From positions 434,001 to 498,000 of the forward strand of contig CM052816.1 of NCBI GenBank assembly GCA_028534125.1: a stretch of 64,000 nt of DNA, written 5' to 3'. A program made the position numbers and the translations under genes. Of the stretch, positions 1 to 12,289 are shown one piece after another (the stretch's first letter is position 1; each line of letters starts with the position of its first letter). Below the pieces are notes generated by a model. That model was not told the origin of the DNA, made no database searches, and saw nothing but the letters and a program-made list of their open reading frames with translations. Source of the stretch: Lama glama. Its lineage: Eukaryota.

Positions 1-21
1 GCGCAGGGTGTCCCTAATGTC
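1..21 (-). CDS. TRIM11: TRIM11 coding exon 4 (23-nt exon, cut by window edge)
   Basis: ctcccacag|GACATTAGGGACACCCTGCGC = DIRDTLR, homologous to the short TRIM linker exon. The remaining PRY/SPRY exons lie outside the window. Confidence 0.85.
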
Positions 22-629
22 CTGTGGGAGAGACAGACACGGAGTCAGTGCCCATCCCCCGGTCCTGGGCCTCCCCTCACCCCAGCCCGGCCCCACACCA
101 GTGTGCCCCCAAACCTGGCTTTGCTCCCCAACATCTCTCTGCTGGATGGACGAGCACACACACATTTGCGCAGTCAGAAACTGCCCTGGAGCTGTCATGA
201 GTGTGGCTCAGACATGGGGACACTGGACAGAAGCTCCGGGCACCACCTGCCCTGCAGACCTGGCCCCATTCCGTCCACACACCTGGAGGGCACAGGGTAC
301 CTGGCTGCCAGCTCACTTACCTACATTGCCCTAAGCGCCCCTGGGTGCCAGGACAGGCAGGGTGGGGTCCCAGACTTCAGGGGTTGGTGGCTGCGTCCAT
401 CTTAGCCAGGATCCACACCTACATCGGCCCAGCACTTCCTGCCTCCCAGGCTCTGGGCACCCAGTTGTCCGGTGCCCATGGCCTCACCTGCTTCCATCTG
501 CCCATCTGTCCTGCCCAGCCCGTGCCTGCTGCCCACCCTCAGGTCCCCACTCACGGCCTCCCTTCCTGGTGAGGCCTCTCTGCCTAGATGCGCCTCTCTC
601 GTGATGATACACAAGAGCATTTTACTCAA

Positions 630-980
630 GTGTCACGGGATGACTGTGTCCCCCTAAACCCACATATTGGAGCCTTAACGCCCATGGCCTCAGCATGGGG
701 CTATGTTTGGAAATAGGGTCTTTAAAGAGGTTACCCTAGACCTGAAAATGCAGCCACGAGGATGGTAGCCTTATAAAAAGAGGTCAGGACACAGAAACAC
801 ACAGAGGAGAGACTGTGGGAGGACACAGGGAGGTCATCTATACCCCAAGCAGAGAGACCTCAGGAGAAACCAACGCTGCGGATACTCTGATCTCAGACTT
901 CCAGCCTCGGGGGCCGTGAGACTACAAATAAACGCCCATTGTTCGAGCCTTGCAGTCTCTGGTATTTGTCACACAGCCCG
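630..980 (+). mobile_element. MaLR LTR (MLT1-like)
   Basis: TTTGGAAATAGGGTCTTTAAAGAGG...GATCTCAGACTTCCAGCCTC...AATAAA...GGTATTTGTCACACAGCCC. Confidence 0.75.
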
Positions 981-3177
981 AGGTGACTCTCAGGATTTGG
1001 AACACTGGCTCCTGGCAGCAAGGGGTCAGGTCTTTTGTCATTTTAGAGCAGCACCCAGTGCACAGCAGGGACCTGGCCCACACTGCCGACCCAATGAACC
1101 CTCCATGTGGTCATGCTAACTGCACTGCACCAGCTCCCAGACTAGACCCTGGGACGCAGGGGCAGATAAAGACACGCTGCCCAACAAGGGCTCCTCACAC
1201 ACACAGCGGTTGATTCTCTCTGAGGGGGAACAGAACACACTAGGCCTCAAAGGAAAAGGGAGACTTAGTGGGTTTCTGAAACCTGAGGAGAGCTCATCGG
1301 GAGACAAGGGAACACAGCACAGGCCTGGGGCACCAGGAGCCTGGTGTGGGCTGGATGCAAAGCAGGTAGCTCTTTTATCTGACTGATGGCACTGGGAAGT
1401 GGGTAATGTGGTCCTGGTTGTCACAAGGCCTGGCCAGCTCAGAAACAGCTTGTGTAGGGGGACACAGGAGAGAAGGAGAGGGACAGAACAAGGCCCTCCC
1501 TGCCTGGTGGGGAGGGACGAGGGGGCGGGGGTCTCGAGGAGAGGGGCTTGACCTCTGTGGAGATCACCTGGCCACTCCAGGCAGTGGGGACTCGGACACA
1601 TGTGCCTTTAGGAAAATGCTCTGGAGCCACGAAGGACAGGGGCAGGCCTGGAGGGCAGGCAGGATCCCAGACTGCAGCGACTAGGACTGTGAGGACGGGC
1701 TCCTCAGCCCTCCCAGACTCTAGGGGGCGCAGGCACAACCCTTACTTCTAGGTGCTGGGAACCAGGCGTGGAGCCTGGGTGCTCCCTGCAGCAGGCCTCC
1801 TGACTGAAACTGTGGGCCGAGGGTACGAGGCCACCCGCCCACCCTTACTCACCCCAGGACACATGGCGCCGCCCAGGGCTGCTCTCCCGCATCCTCCACG
1901 CAGCAGACCCCATCCTCACCCAGCACAGGCCAGGGGAGCTCTGGGGCTGATCGTGGTGGGTGAAGAATGGTGGGTATGCTTCCAGCAGCCAGCCAGCCAG
2001 CCAGCCAGGGGAACGGAGATGTTGACAAGAGACCAGGGGCCAGCAGATAAGAGCAGGGGGGTGGGGGAGCAGTGAGGAGAGTGGGGGGCAGGTGGAGAAC
2101 AGGTAAGGGGCAGCTGGGGGGCAGTGAGGAGCACTGGGACCAGGCAGAGAAAGGTGGGGGCGGGTGGGAGCAGTAGGGGACAGTAGGGACAGGTAGCAGG
2201 GCAGGTGGGGACAAGTAGGGGGCCAGTGGTGAGCAGTGAGGGACAGGTGCAGGGCAATGGCATATTAAGGGGCAGGCACAGGACAGTGGAGGACAGGTAG
2301 CCTCTCAGTGGTATGAACTGCAGCCAGGCAGCCAAGACCACTCACCCACCGGGACATCTCAGCTGAGACCCCACAGCAAATTTCATGTAAATCTGCGGTT
2401 CTCATCTCACTTCCTGGGCTGACCCTTCCTCTTTCTAGAATCTCTGCTTCCTACAGCTTCTCCGGCACCATTCACTCACCCCTGAGGGCTGCCCCCATCA
2501 CCTCCTAGCTGCCTGCCCACCCACCCCCCACTTTACGGACCACAGTCCACTTCTGCTGACTTCCCTCACCAGCCCCCCCGCCACGTACTCGCCTAGGATT
2601 CTTCCAGCTTCCCAGGCTTAAAGAAAAAAATCCCTTGGCTGATGGCTCAGCAAAGGCCAAAGGCCTAAGTTCAAGCCCCAGGGCAGCAACTGGGAGCCTC
2701 TTTCTGGTCATTGAAAGTCCATCCTAGGAGGGTCCCCTCCAGCAACAAGTCCCCTGGCTACACACGCAGCATCCTCCCTCCTGGCTGTGGGCACAAACTG
2801 CTGGGGCCAGGGGCCGAGCAGTTTCTCAGGAATCCTATGGGACACCTGCTGGCTTTTCCTCTCAGCCCAGCAGGCCCAGTGGTGACCCACTGGCCCCACA
2901 TCCTGGAATGCCACCCATGCTGTGGTCCGGCCAGTCCCCAGGAGGGCTCCCCCAACAGGTGCTAACAGCAGTTATCCGTTCGGTTCAGCATTGGGGTTCA
3001 CCCACCACGTTTTCAGAGGCAGACTAGCTGGTGAGGACAGGGGGGGTCCAGGCGAGCACCAAAGTCAGTCGGCCTGCTCTTTTCAATGCTTTCTCCGCTC
3101 TCTCGCTCTCTATCCCCCTGCCTGGCCTTCCCCAAAGCCCCTGACCTGCCCACCCCCAGGGGTGGGTGCCAGCTCAC

Positions 3178-3408
3178 CTGCAGCAGCCCGAGCGCGGGTA
3201 GCTGGCAGCGCCCCTCCAGCTCGCTGATGAGCTCGGCCAGCTGGGTGCTCTGCTGCCCGAGCTGGGCCGCGCTCTCCCGCAAGGGGGGCAGCACCTCCAG
3301 CTCCTCCTCCTCCAGCCTCTGCAGCAGCCGCTGCTCCTCCTCCACAAGCAGCCGGCGCAGTCTCTCAAACTCCGCCAGCACGTTCTGCCGCTGGCTCTCC
3401 ACCATCTT
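3178..3408 (-). CDS. TRIM11: TRIM11 coding exon 3 (231 nt, coiled coil)
   Basis: AG acceptor; [17 protein letters not shown]...[13 protein letters not shown] donor. Confidence 0.96.
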
Positions 3409-3827
3409 CTGTGGGGGCCGGGGTGGGACAGCTGAGGGCCTGGGACCTGGAGCCACCCTGACCCCCAAATCTACCACCTGGGGCCCCTACATCATCCCTC
3501 CCTAACCCCTAAGTCAACCACTCAGGGCCCCTCATACCCATCCCTCCCTGACCCCCAAACCACTACATCCAGGGCCCCTCAACCCCCAGATCCGCCACCT
3601 GGGGCCCTCTAACACTTAGCACCTCCCCAATCCATGACCTTACCCCCCAAGGTTCCCCCTACACCCATCCCTCCCCAACCCCTAAACCCATCCCCAGGTG
3701 GGTTATACACGGTGTCTGGAGCAGGGGGGTCACCTTATGAGAAACATGAGGCTGAGTGTAAACAGTGGTGTCCTGCAGTGGTGGCCCTCACGTCCCCTGC
3801 CCCTACATTGGGCACCTGGCCACCTGC

Positions 3828-3923
3828 CTGCCACAAGGAGTAGGTCTCCTCCGCCTGGGCCTGAAACAGCAATGCATCCTCCATTTGCTTCCGTAGATGC
3901 TCCAGGGATTTCTCCAGCTTGCC
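3828..3923 (-). CDS. TRIM11: TRIM11 coding exon 2 (96 nt, coiled coil), GC donor
   Basis: ctgcag acceptor; [32 protein letters not shown]; donor CAG|GCAGGT. Phase 0 on both sides; 96 nt is typical for this TRIM exon. Confidence 0.93.
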
Positions 3924-4659
3924 CTGCAGAGAGGTGAGGCCAGAGTGACCCCTGCCAGGCCAGGCCTCTGGGCTAGGCCTTATCCCTGGCTCCCACCTAC
4001 CCAGCCCCAGCTAAGCCAGAACTCAGCCAGCAGGGACCGTGGTCATGGAAAACTTGGTCTGGACATGAATTGGTGGAGAGATGGAGCAAACTTGAATTTG
4101 CCAGGAAAAGGCCCTCTAACCAGCATGGACCCCCTGCCACCGCCCCTTGCCTGAATTTCCTTTCTCCTATCATTCCCACCCCTCCCTGGTCTCCGGGCAA
4201 CTTTCCCATACCCAACTTCCCACTGCATCACCACCTTTTTTCTTCTAAGCCCCTTGACTTCTCTGTGCCTGTACTGGGCTTACTGGGTTTCAGCTAGCTG
4301 GACCAAACTGCAGGATGCGCACATGTGTATCCGGCAACCTGGTCCTAGTTTCAGGCCTCAGCCTGTTAACTTCAACCCATACTCTGTATCTGTTGACAAC
4401 ACACTAGGCACCTGGGAAAGCCAGGAGGCCTGGGATACACGAGGGCCTGAAGGACCATGACAAGAGCGACCGCAGCAGTGCTCGTGGGCACTCCACTGTC
4501 CTCTCCATCCACGTTCAAGACGCGCCAGGGCCCTGGGAGGCTGTGCTTTCTACAGCCAGCACTCCCGGGCTGTGCAAATACCAGCCACAGCCCACTGATG
4601 GCAGGTGAGAGCAGTCTGTGGGGGTGACCCCAGCATTAAGACAAACTAAGCACTAGTCC

Positions 4660-5345
4660 AGTGAAGGGACTGGGACATGCCACCCCAAAATATGCCACTT
4701 TGGCAGCAAGATTATTTAGCGCTAAAGGTGACCGAGAACCAGCAGAGCTCTCCGGCCTCCTCCTTTCACCTAAAGGAGGTGTACCAGAAGGGGAGAACAC
4801 TCATCACCCAGAGCCAAGCTGTAGACACTGAGATGAGTCTACCTAAACAAATCTTCTCCTATTAGTTCCCCCCAACATACTTCCTAGTTCCTTTCCCACA
4901 ATGTATTGGCCCTAGAAGCCCTAATCCCTTTTCCTTTGTCTAGTCGCTTCTCCACAATTTATCCTCTTTTGTTAAAATGGAATATAAGGGGGGAGGGTAT
5001 GGCTCAGTGGTAGAGTGCATGCTTAGAGCACACAAGGTCCTGGGTTCAATCCCCAATACCTCTGTCAAAGATAAATAAATTAAAAAACCTAACTGCCCCT
5101 CCCCCAAAATAAAAAGTCTAAAATATATCATATATTTATAAAAATATAAATATATTTATATATATAAATGGAATATAAGCCTGAGTCTAACCACTTCTTT
5201 GAGTTTTTCGCTTCTTTTCTGTCAAACCCTTGTGCCATGTACAATTTAAAAAATTGATCAAAGTATGTCTTTTCAACTGTTAATCTCTTCAGTCAGTTTA
5301 ATTTGCAAGCCTCAGTCACAGAACATAACCTGGTAGAGACAAACT
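4660..5345 (+). mobile_element. ERV-type solo LTR (MER34/39-like) hosting the SINE
   Basis: Starts TGAAGGG..ATGCCACCCCAAAATATGCCACTTTGGC. The same 5' motif recurs at ~12475, ~29353 and ~23290 (-). Confidence 0.6.
4989..5165 (+). mobile_element. tRNA-derived SINE (camelid type) with 14-bp TSD
   Basis: A box TGGCTCAGTGG, B box GGTTCAATCC, AT-rich tail; TSD AAATGGAATATAAG at 4975-4988 and 5166-5179. Confidence 0.9.
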
Positions 5346-6499
5346 ATGATAGAGAGGGTTAAGTGCTGCTCCATGAGACTCTATCAGGTCAGATTGGAGA
5401 GGCCTCTAGAGGGCTGCTGGTCATTCTCTGCTCTTTTGGTCACTTTCTACACCCGGATCGGGGTACCCAGTGACAGGAGAGACATTTGCTAGACCAACAC
5501 AAGGAGTGGCTGTTCCTGTATGCAACATGTCATACCTCAAAGTGAGCAAAAACCAGAGGAACTGCGTTAGGTCACGCACACTGATGTGGATCGGGGTAGG
5601 GGTTTATCCTTGTGTACCAGAAGCTCGTTCTATGATAGAGACAGAGTACTGATTCTAACATTGACTAAACTGTGCACTTCGTGTGCCTCAGCAGATGGAC
5701 ACTACTGGACATAAAGCAAAATGCCAACCACAGTCCAAAAGTTTGAAAAACACCTTCCACATACTCAATACTTTGGGTTCCAGGAGCAAAATCCACCAGC
5801 AGGCCAGTGAGGAATGTAGTGGGCCGCCCATAAGGTGGGCCAGATGAGTGTTTGCCCTGATGCTCTCAGCAGAGGGGGGAGTGTTGGTTATCTATTTGGA
5901 TTTTAAGGAAATACATTTCCAGAACAGAGAAATAAGGCATCTCAGGCTGGGTCAAAGCTGGGCTGAGGCCTGGCTTGTCAGCTGGCACAGTATCCCACTG
6001 GGAAAGTCTGGTGGGCCCTGGTGTCTGCCTCCCAGGACAATGGCTCTGTCCCTTCATCGATCCCAGTCTGGGGCTCTGCAGCGGCTTCCTGGCTGCCTTC
6101 CGCTGTCTCTTCTCACCAGGATTCCAGCACTCGTGTCCGCGGCACCGCCCTGCCCTGCCCACAACCCTCTGAGAAGCTGAGTCCTCATCCGTGCCCTTCC
6201 ATCTGCGACCAGCCACCTCTGAGGTTCTCTTCTCTCTTTCTCCTGCTCCTGGCTCCATCCCTGCCAATGGTCAGTCAAACCTGCCCAGTCCCCGCCCCAG
6301 ACAGCCCTCCCACCTACGCGGTGGGGACCTAGACCTCAGAGAACACGCCCCCTCCTACCAGATCCTCAGGCCAGCACCTCATTGGTGGGCGGTGCCCCAG
6401 CCCCAATAGGGTGCCAATTTCAGGCAGGGTGCACGCCGCCACACCCCCCGCCCCCAGACCCGGACCTGGGTGGGGCCTGAGCCCACGCCCTGGGCTCCC

Positions 6500-7700
6500 C
6501 CAACTTCAGGCCAGGCCACATGCCGCACAACCCGCGCGACAGGAACCCCTGCCAGGCCGTGCAGCGCGCCGGACCTGCCCGCACCTTGAGATCGTCGGCC
6601 GCGTCCTGCAGCGGGCGCACGCGGTGAGCCCAGTGCTCCCCCGAGCGCTCGCAGGCCGCGCACAGCAGGCGCAGCTCGTCGCCGCAGAAAGCCACCAGCG
6701 GCTCGCGGTGCGCGGCACACACGCCCTGCGGGACCGGCGACGGCGGATGCAGGCGCCGTGCCATCTCGGCCATCTTGGCGAGCGGGCGGTTGGGCCGCAG
6801 GTTCCTCTGCGGGGACAACTCGCGGCACTCGGGACAGGCGTACGGGCCCTCGGGCTGGCCCCAGCAGCGCCGGATGCACTCGCGGCAGAAATTGTGGCCG
6901 CAGTCGGTCATCACCGGGTCCGTGAAGTAGTCGAGGCAGATGGCGCAGGTGGCCTCCTCTTGGAGGTTGGTGGACAGGTCGGGGGCGGCCATGGCACCGG
7001 TGCAACGGAGGAAGGCAGCGTTCTGCGCCGGGTCGGGCGGTGGCCGGCCGCCGCCGGGACTTTGGGGAGCGCGCGGGGACGCGAGGCGCAGGGCACCGGG
7101 GGACTCGGGGGACTTCGGGTCGCGAGGGCTCCGGGGTCTGAGGCTGTGGGCTCCGGGGATGCGGAGCGCACTGGCTCCGGACTGAGGTGGCTCGGGGAAC
7201 CTAGGGCCTACGGCTTCCGTACGCGGGCAGGAAGAGGTACCGGGGCGGAAGCAGGAAGCGCCTGGGTTTTTTCCCCCTTTGGAACAACCCGCTTTAGCTG
7301 CGGATTGGCCGCGGCCTATCACGCGGCCCGCAGGCCGGACTGAATTGGAGGCTGTTCACCGGCTGACCTTGCGTCGCCGCCGCCACCTGCGCGCGCAGGC
7401 GCGCGCTGCTGGCTCGGACCTGCGCTGGGGTCGCACTGCCCGGTGTCTCCTTCGGGGCTTGAGAAAGATGGAGCGTAGAGGGCAGGGGCCAGTGGGGTGC
7501 CCTGCACAGCCTTTGGGCTCTCAGCGCAGGGTAGAGGCCACGAGGACAAGGGAGGACGAGGCTGAGGCGGGGAGCCACAAGTCGTACCCCGTGCGCGCGC
7601 CCCACCCTCCGGCCGGAACCGTCCGAACTTACGGGGTGAGGGGCCTTGGGCCTTACTGGGGTAGGGGTACACTAACCGAAATCCTGGGGTGCTTGGCAGC
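6500..7700 (-). promoter_or_regulatory. TRIM11: TRIM11 CpG island/promoter
   Basis: Dense CpG. Tandem ETS-like GCGGAAGCAGGAAG at ~7245, CCAAT (gattgg) at ~7303, NRF1-like TGCGCGCGCAGGCGC at ~7388. Confidence 0.8.
6585..6992 (-). CDS. TRIM11: TRIM11 coding exon 1 (RING + B-box2), 408 nt
   Basis: ATG at 6992 gives [23 protein letters not shown]...C3HC4 RING and B-box...DDLK, followed by a GT donor. Recognised TRIM11 N-terminus within a CpG island. Confidence 0.97.
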
Positions 7701-8002
7701 TGTTAACTGATCTGAACGCGTTAATGCGTCTGAAACTGCGGGGATGGGAGGCTGGGCGGTGGAGAGCGGGCTGAAAGGAAAGGAAGGACCCTCTTTGATC
7801 CTTATTCTTTGAATTCTGCCCCTGCAACTTTGGTGGGGGTAGGAGGGATGGCGTGGGCAGCCCTGAGGCTTTTAGAAGTTGAGCTTGAAGTTTTTTCACT
7901 TTTTCATTTCCCCCCTGTGAAGGACCGAAATACGGGATTTGCAGACTACAAAGAAGGTGAACACCCGAGGGTTTGGCTCTACCTATAGAAACCTGAACCA
8001 TG

Positions 8003-8765
8003 ATTCTATTTTTAGGTTTTTGAGAAACCCCTGTCGTTTTCTGTGGTGGCTGCGCCGATTTACATTCCCACCAACAGTGTACAGAGGTTCCCTTTCCTCC
8101 TCATCCTTGAGACGTTTGTTACCTGTGTTCTTTTTGATGATGGCCATGCTGACAGGTGTGAGACGGTGTCTCACTGTGATTTTGATGTGCATTTCCCTGA
8201 TACCAGTGATGTTGCGCAGCTTTTCCTGCTCCTGTTGGTCATCTGTATTTCCTGTTTTAGAAAAATGTCTATCCAGTTCTGCCCTTTTTTAAATGGGTTG
8301 TTCTTTTGCTTTTTAACTGAAAGATAGTTGATTTTAAATGTATTAGTTTCTGGTGTACGGCATGGGTGGACTTGGAGGGCACGATCCTAAGAGAAGTAAG
8401 TCAAAGACAAACACTGTAAGAGATCACTTACACGTGGAATCTAAAAAAACACAACAAACTAGTGAATATAACAGAAAAGGAAAACTCACAGATGTGGAGA
8501 AGGAGCCACTGATTACCAGTGGGGAGAGGGAGGGGGAGGGGCAAGATGGAGGTGGAGGATTAAGCGGTACAAACTGTCAGGTTTAAGTAAGCTACAAGGA
8601 TGTATCGTACAACATGAGGAATATAGCCAATATTTTATAATTATAAGTGGAACATAACTTTTAAAAATTGTGAACACTATATTGTATACTTGTCACATAC
8701 AATATTATACATCGACTATACTTCAATTTAAAAAATATATTATAAAATAAATATTTAAAAAAAAA
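8003..8765. mobile_element. L1 3' fragments (minus piece ~8003-8340, plus-strand 3' end ~8360-8765)
   Basis: TTACATTCCCACCAACAGTG on the minus piece; L1 3' UTR motifs and A-rich tail on the plus piece. Confidence 0.7.
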
Positions 8766-8961
8766 ACCTGAACCACAGAAGAGCCAATGAATGGTTACAT
8801 CCGTAAGTGGGAAGCGGGGGACATGGCTAAAGGAAAAGTGCACCATGCTGTACCTGGTACATATCTGTGTATTTTGATACTGATTCACTGTGAAACCTGC
8901 GGGCTTCTTAAAACATTCTCTATGAAACATCTGTAAATATAGTCTCTTAACGGTTAGCTGC

Positions 8962-8967
8962 TTTAAT
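8962..8967 (-). terminator. TRIM17: Candidate TRIM17 polyadenylation signal (ATTAAA)
   Basis: tttaat on + strand, ~150 nt after the stop codon. Confidence 0.5.
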
Positions 8968-9117
8968 CATGATTGTATTTCCACGTTGTGAAACTACCCT
9001 GCACAGCCAATGGCTCTCAAATGCTCCAGTATGAGCTGGGCAGGTGGCTCTTGCTGAGCTGGACCACCTCACCTCCTGGAGAAACCAGGGCTGCCCAGTC
9101 TCCCCCTGCCTGTCCCC

Positions 9118-9665
9118 CTATCCCTTCACCCACAGGGTCACTGTAGAGATGACCATCTGGCCCGATTTGGGGGCCCCAAGGCAGAAGAAGGGCTGCAGGG
9201 GGCCAGGGAAGGCAGGCTGGGAGTAGGTATGCAGGTGGGACCCATCATTCACATTGTAGAAGGACACCTCTCCGGCCTCGAAGTCCAGGAAGACGCCCAT
9301 GTGGCTGGGGGGCTCAGTCAGTGTGATGGGGGTCGCAGAAGACGTAGCAGGTGCATACCTCTCTCCCTTGCATAGCTGTACCACCCAGAACCCATTTTCC
9401 GGGGACTTAGGGACCCTGCCCCTCCGGCTCACGTTGTCCCTGCACACGCCCAGGGCCCACAGTGCATCACCGGTGAGGTTTATGCCCACCTCCCAGTAGT
9501 GCCTCCCCGAGGAGAAGGTCTCTTGGCCCACCGCACAAGGGTAGGCCAGGAACCTGTCCTGGCCATGGGGTGCACCATCCAGCGGGATGCTCAGGTAGCG
9601 CCTCTGGCTGATCTCGTACAAGAGGAGGTAGGGGTAGGCTGTGGTCGGGTCTGGCACCACATCTT
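9118..9665 (-). CDS. TRIM17: TRIM17 terminal exon (PRY/SPRY B30.2); spliced CDS 1428 nt = 475 aa
   Basis: tctccag acceptor; (E)[15 protein letters not shown]...GRHYWEVG...[11 protein letters not shown]...STVTLWVKG*. Exon lengths sum to a multiple of 3. Confidence 0.97.
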
Positions 9666-9999
9666 CTGGAGACAGGCCCAGGGCAGAGGGGAGAGGGGGG
9701 CTTTTCAGGGTCAGGGTGGAGAGGGCAAGGACTCAGAGGGGGCCAGATAGTCCCCTGTTCACCCTAACCCCCACCCAGGCCTCTGGCTGAGTTCAGCTGT
9801 GAACGAGGAGCTACTGTACGATCCAGTGCCCCATCTATGGACATCAGTGATGCCAAGGAGGTGGGGTTGGGGGACCATTTGGGCATTGGGCCGTGTGGTT
9901 GAGTTCCTCCCATCCCCATCCCCCTCCATTGGTGACTTTTGCCTTGAGCGGCTAGGAGCAGGGCGGGGCATTACCCAGAACACCTGGGCCCTGGCTTAC

Positions 10000-10100
10000 C
10001 TTGGAAACGCTTGAGCACCTCTATCTGCCCAGGGACCCTGCAGACTGTCCTCAGCATGGTGAGGGTGGCCTCTGGGTACTGCACACTCAGGCTGTCCTTC
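10000..10100 (-). CDS. TRIM17: TRIM17 101-nt linker exon
   Basis: (R)[33 protein letters not shown]; donor G|gtaag. Acceptor is an unusual GAG. Confidence 0.88.
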
Positions 10101-10191
10101 CTCCGATGGATACAGGTCTCACTGTCCCCTCTGACCCTACCTGCAGTCCTCCCTGCACCCATCACCGCCTCCACTGCAGGTGGCCACGTAC

Positions 10192-10214
10192 CTGCTGAGA
10201 ACGTGGTTCATATC
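10192..10214 (-). CDS. TRIM17: TRIM17 23-nt exon
   Basis: ttttgaag|GATATGAACCACGTTCTCAGCAG|gtacgt = DMNHVLS(R). Confidence 0.88.
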
Positions 10215-11052
10215 CTTCAAAACACACAGAGGGGGAGGAAGAGAGATTGGCGAGGCCTCCCTGGGGACCTGGGGTGTTCCCAAGCCAGTAGAGCTAGAAG
10301 GGGTTTGTGATGTTTCCCCACGGCCCTGTTTCCAGAGCGTAACCCTGTCTTTGGGCTCTTGACACAGTAATCATGCATCTAACTCGCCCAGACCTCCTGC
10401 TTTTCTACATCACAGTGAGTGAGGACACAGGGAAGCAGTCCTGCTCATGACAGGTCCTGAAGGCACGGGAGCCCAAGCAGTGCTTTCGGCCTTGAGTGGG
10501 TCAGGAGTCAGTTTTGTGGCTTGCAAACAGATTGCTTTTTGATAGAAGACAAAGTTGGGGCGAGTGTATAGTCTGCCATCTATACCAGGACACTTAGTGC
10601 GAACAGAACCCCCAGGACGCTAGGGCAACAGGCATAAAACTGGGTCTGATCCAGGCATCCTGGGACGTACAGAGACCCTGTGTGTGGCATTTGCTTCAGT
10701 TGTATAAACAGACTTCTGTGAATGCGTGTGCAGTGATCTGCAGTGTGAAGTGTATTTTTTGCCGTGAATTCCATCACTCTGCATGCTTGATTAGTGTGGC
10801 CCACTTTTCAGCCCCACAACTGCCCCCTCCGGGGCCTTGGTGTGCAGGCCCGTCCCTGGCAGGCCAGCTGCACCTTCTCTCCACTTCCATAGCTGGCGGA
10901 TGTGATCATAAGACTTGCTCCCACCTGTGAAGTCACGGGTGCCTATCTGGGCCAGTGTGTCTGTGCCTGCATCACTGTGTGGAAGACAGCTGCCCTCAGG
11001 CCACATCCCTAGGCGATGAAGGGAAGGAACACAGGTCACTAGGACTGGCACC

Positions 11053-11440
11053 TGTCATGGGCTGAACTGATTCCCTTTCCCCGCCAGATTCTTATGTTGT
11101 GAAACTAACCCTCGGTGCCTCAGAATGTGACTCTATTTGGAGATAGGGTCTTAAGGATGTGATTAAGATAAAATTAGGTCATTAGGGTGGGCCCTCACTC
11201 AATCTGACTGGTGTCTTTATAAGAAGAGATAGGGCACAGATGTACAGAGGGATGACCATGTGAGGACACAGGGAGAAGACAGCTGTCTGCAAGCCAAGGA
11301 AACAAGCCTTTGGAGAAACCAGCTCTGCCCACAACTGGATCTCAAGACTTCTAACCTCCAGGAGTGTGAGGAATAAATGTCTTGTTATTTAAACCAACTG
11401 GTTTGTGGCATTTGTTACCAGCCTGACCTGACTGAGACAG
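11053..11440 (+). mobile_element. MaLR LTR (MLT1-like)
   Basis: AGAATGTGACTCTATTTGGAGATAGGGTC...GGGCCCT..AATC.GACTGGTGTC.TTATAAGAAGAG...AATAAATGTC. Confidence 0.78.
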
Positions 11441-11562
11441 CCTTCCCTGTTGGCCTGTGTCTTTTTTGCCACAGGTCAGGCCCCTGACTAAACCTGAGCC
11501 AGAGTTCACGCGCCCATCTCCCACCCCAACCCCAGCCAGGTGAACAGGTGTGCCCACCCCAC

Positions 11563-11793
11563 CTGCAGCATCTGGAACGGGGTGCGCTCATTCCTGTCCT
11601 CCAGCTGCAGCAGCAGCATCTCCAAGGAGTGACCCTGCTGCTCGAGCGAGGCCATGCTCTTTTGCAGCTTTGCCACTGTTTCCTCCTCCTCCTCCTTCAA
11701 GGCTTGGAGGAGGCGCTGCTTCGCCTCCATCAGGAAGAGGCCCGTCTTCTCAAACTCGACCACGATGCGCTCCCTCCGCTCCTTCACCTTCTC
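11563..11793 (-). CDS. TRIM17: TRIM17 231-nt coiled-coil exon
   Basis: ctgcag acceptor; [16 protein letters not shown]...TPFQMLQ (77 aa); GT donor. Confidence 0.95.
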
Positions 11794-12289
11794 CTGCAGT
11801 GGTGGTGGCAGATCCTGGAGGTGAGGTGCTGCCTGGAGCACCCCACCACCCTGAGTGCCTGCTTTCAGACCTCACCCACTAACTGAACCCACCAGCTTGG
11901 AACAGCTGCTCTGGGGATACTGGCACATCTCCCCGGGGCCCCTGTGACCCACAGAAAACCAGGCCTGGCAGGTATGGGAGCCAGAAGCCACCCAGATGTC
12001 CCCTGCCCTGTCACTGTAGCATAATTTTACTCTGAGCCCCAAATGGCAACATCCAAGCATCCATGTGCCCTCGTTCCCTACTTCTCTGAAATGGCTCAGT
12101 CCTGATTCTTGCTGGAATTCTATGACCTGGGAAATCATTGCCTTTCTGGGGTCCCATATTCTCATCCATTCAGGACAGTGATTCCCACCTCAAGGAGTTC
12201 CGCAGGCTCGGGAGGCCCTGCGGGTGCTCCGGGGCCTAGCTTGGCCTCCCGACCCTGCTCGGCTGCTGTGGGAGGTCCCCAGCACCTGC

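Noticed and set aside
4989..5062. tRNA-like sequence
   Set aside because: SINE head with tail and TSD, not a tRNA gene; same for 54220-54293.
6993..7322. 110-codon in-frame N-terminal extension of TRIM11
   Set aside because: No upstream AUG, low-complexity Pro/Arg/Ala content, and a strong-context ATG at 6992.
6411..7343. 310-aa plus-strand ORF and other long ORFs over TRIM11 exon 1
   Set aside because: Antisense or alternative-frame shadows in a GC-rich island where stops are rare; no recognisable domain.
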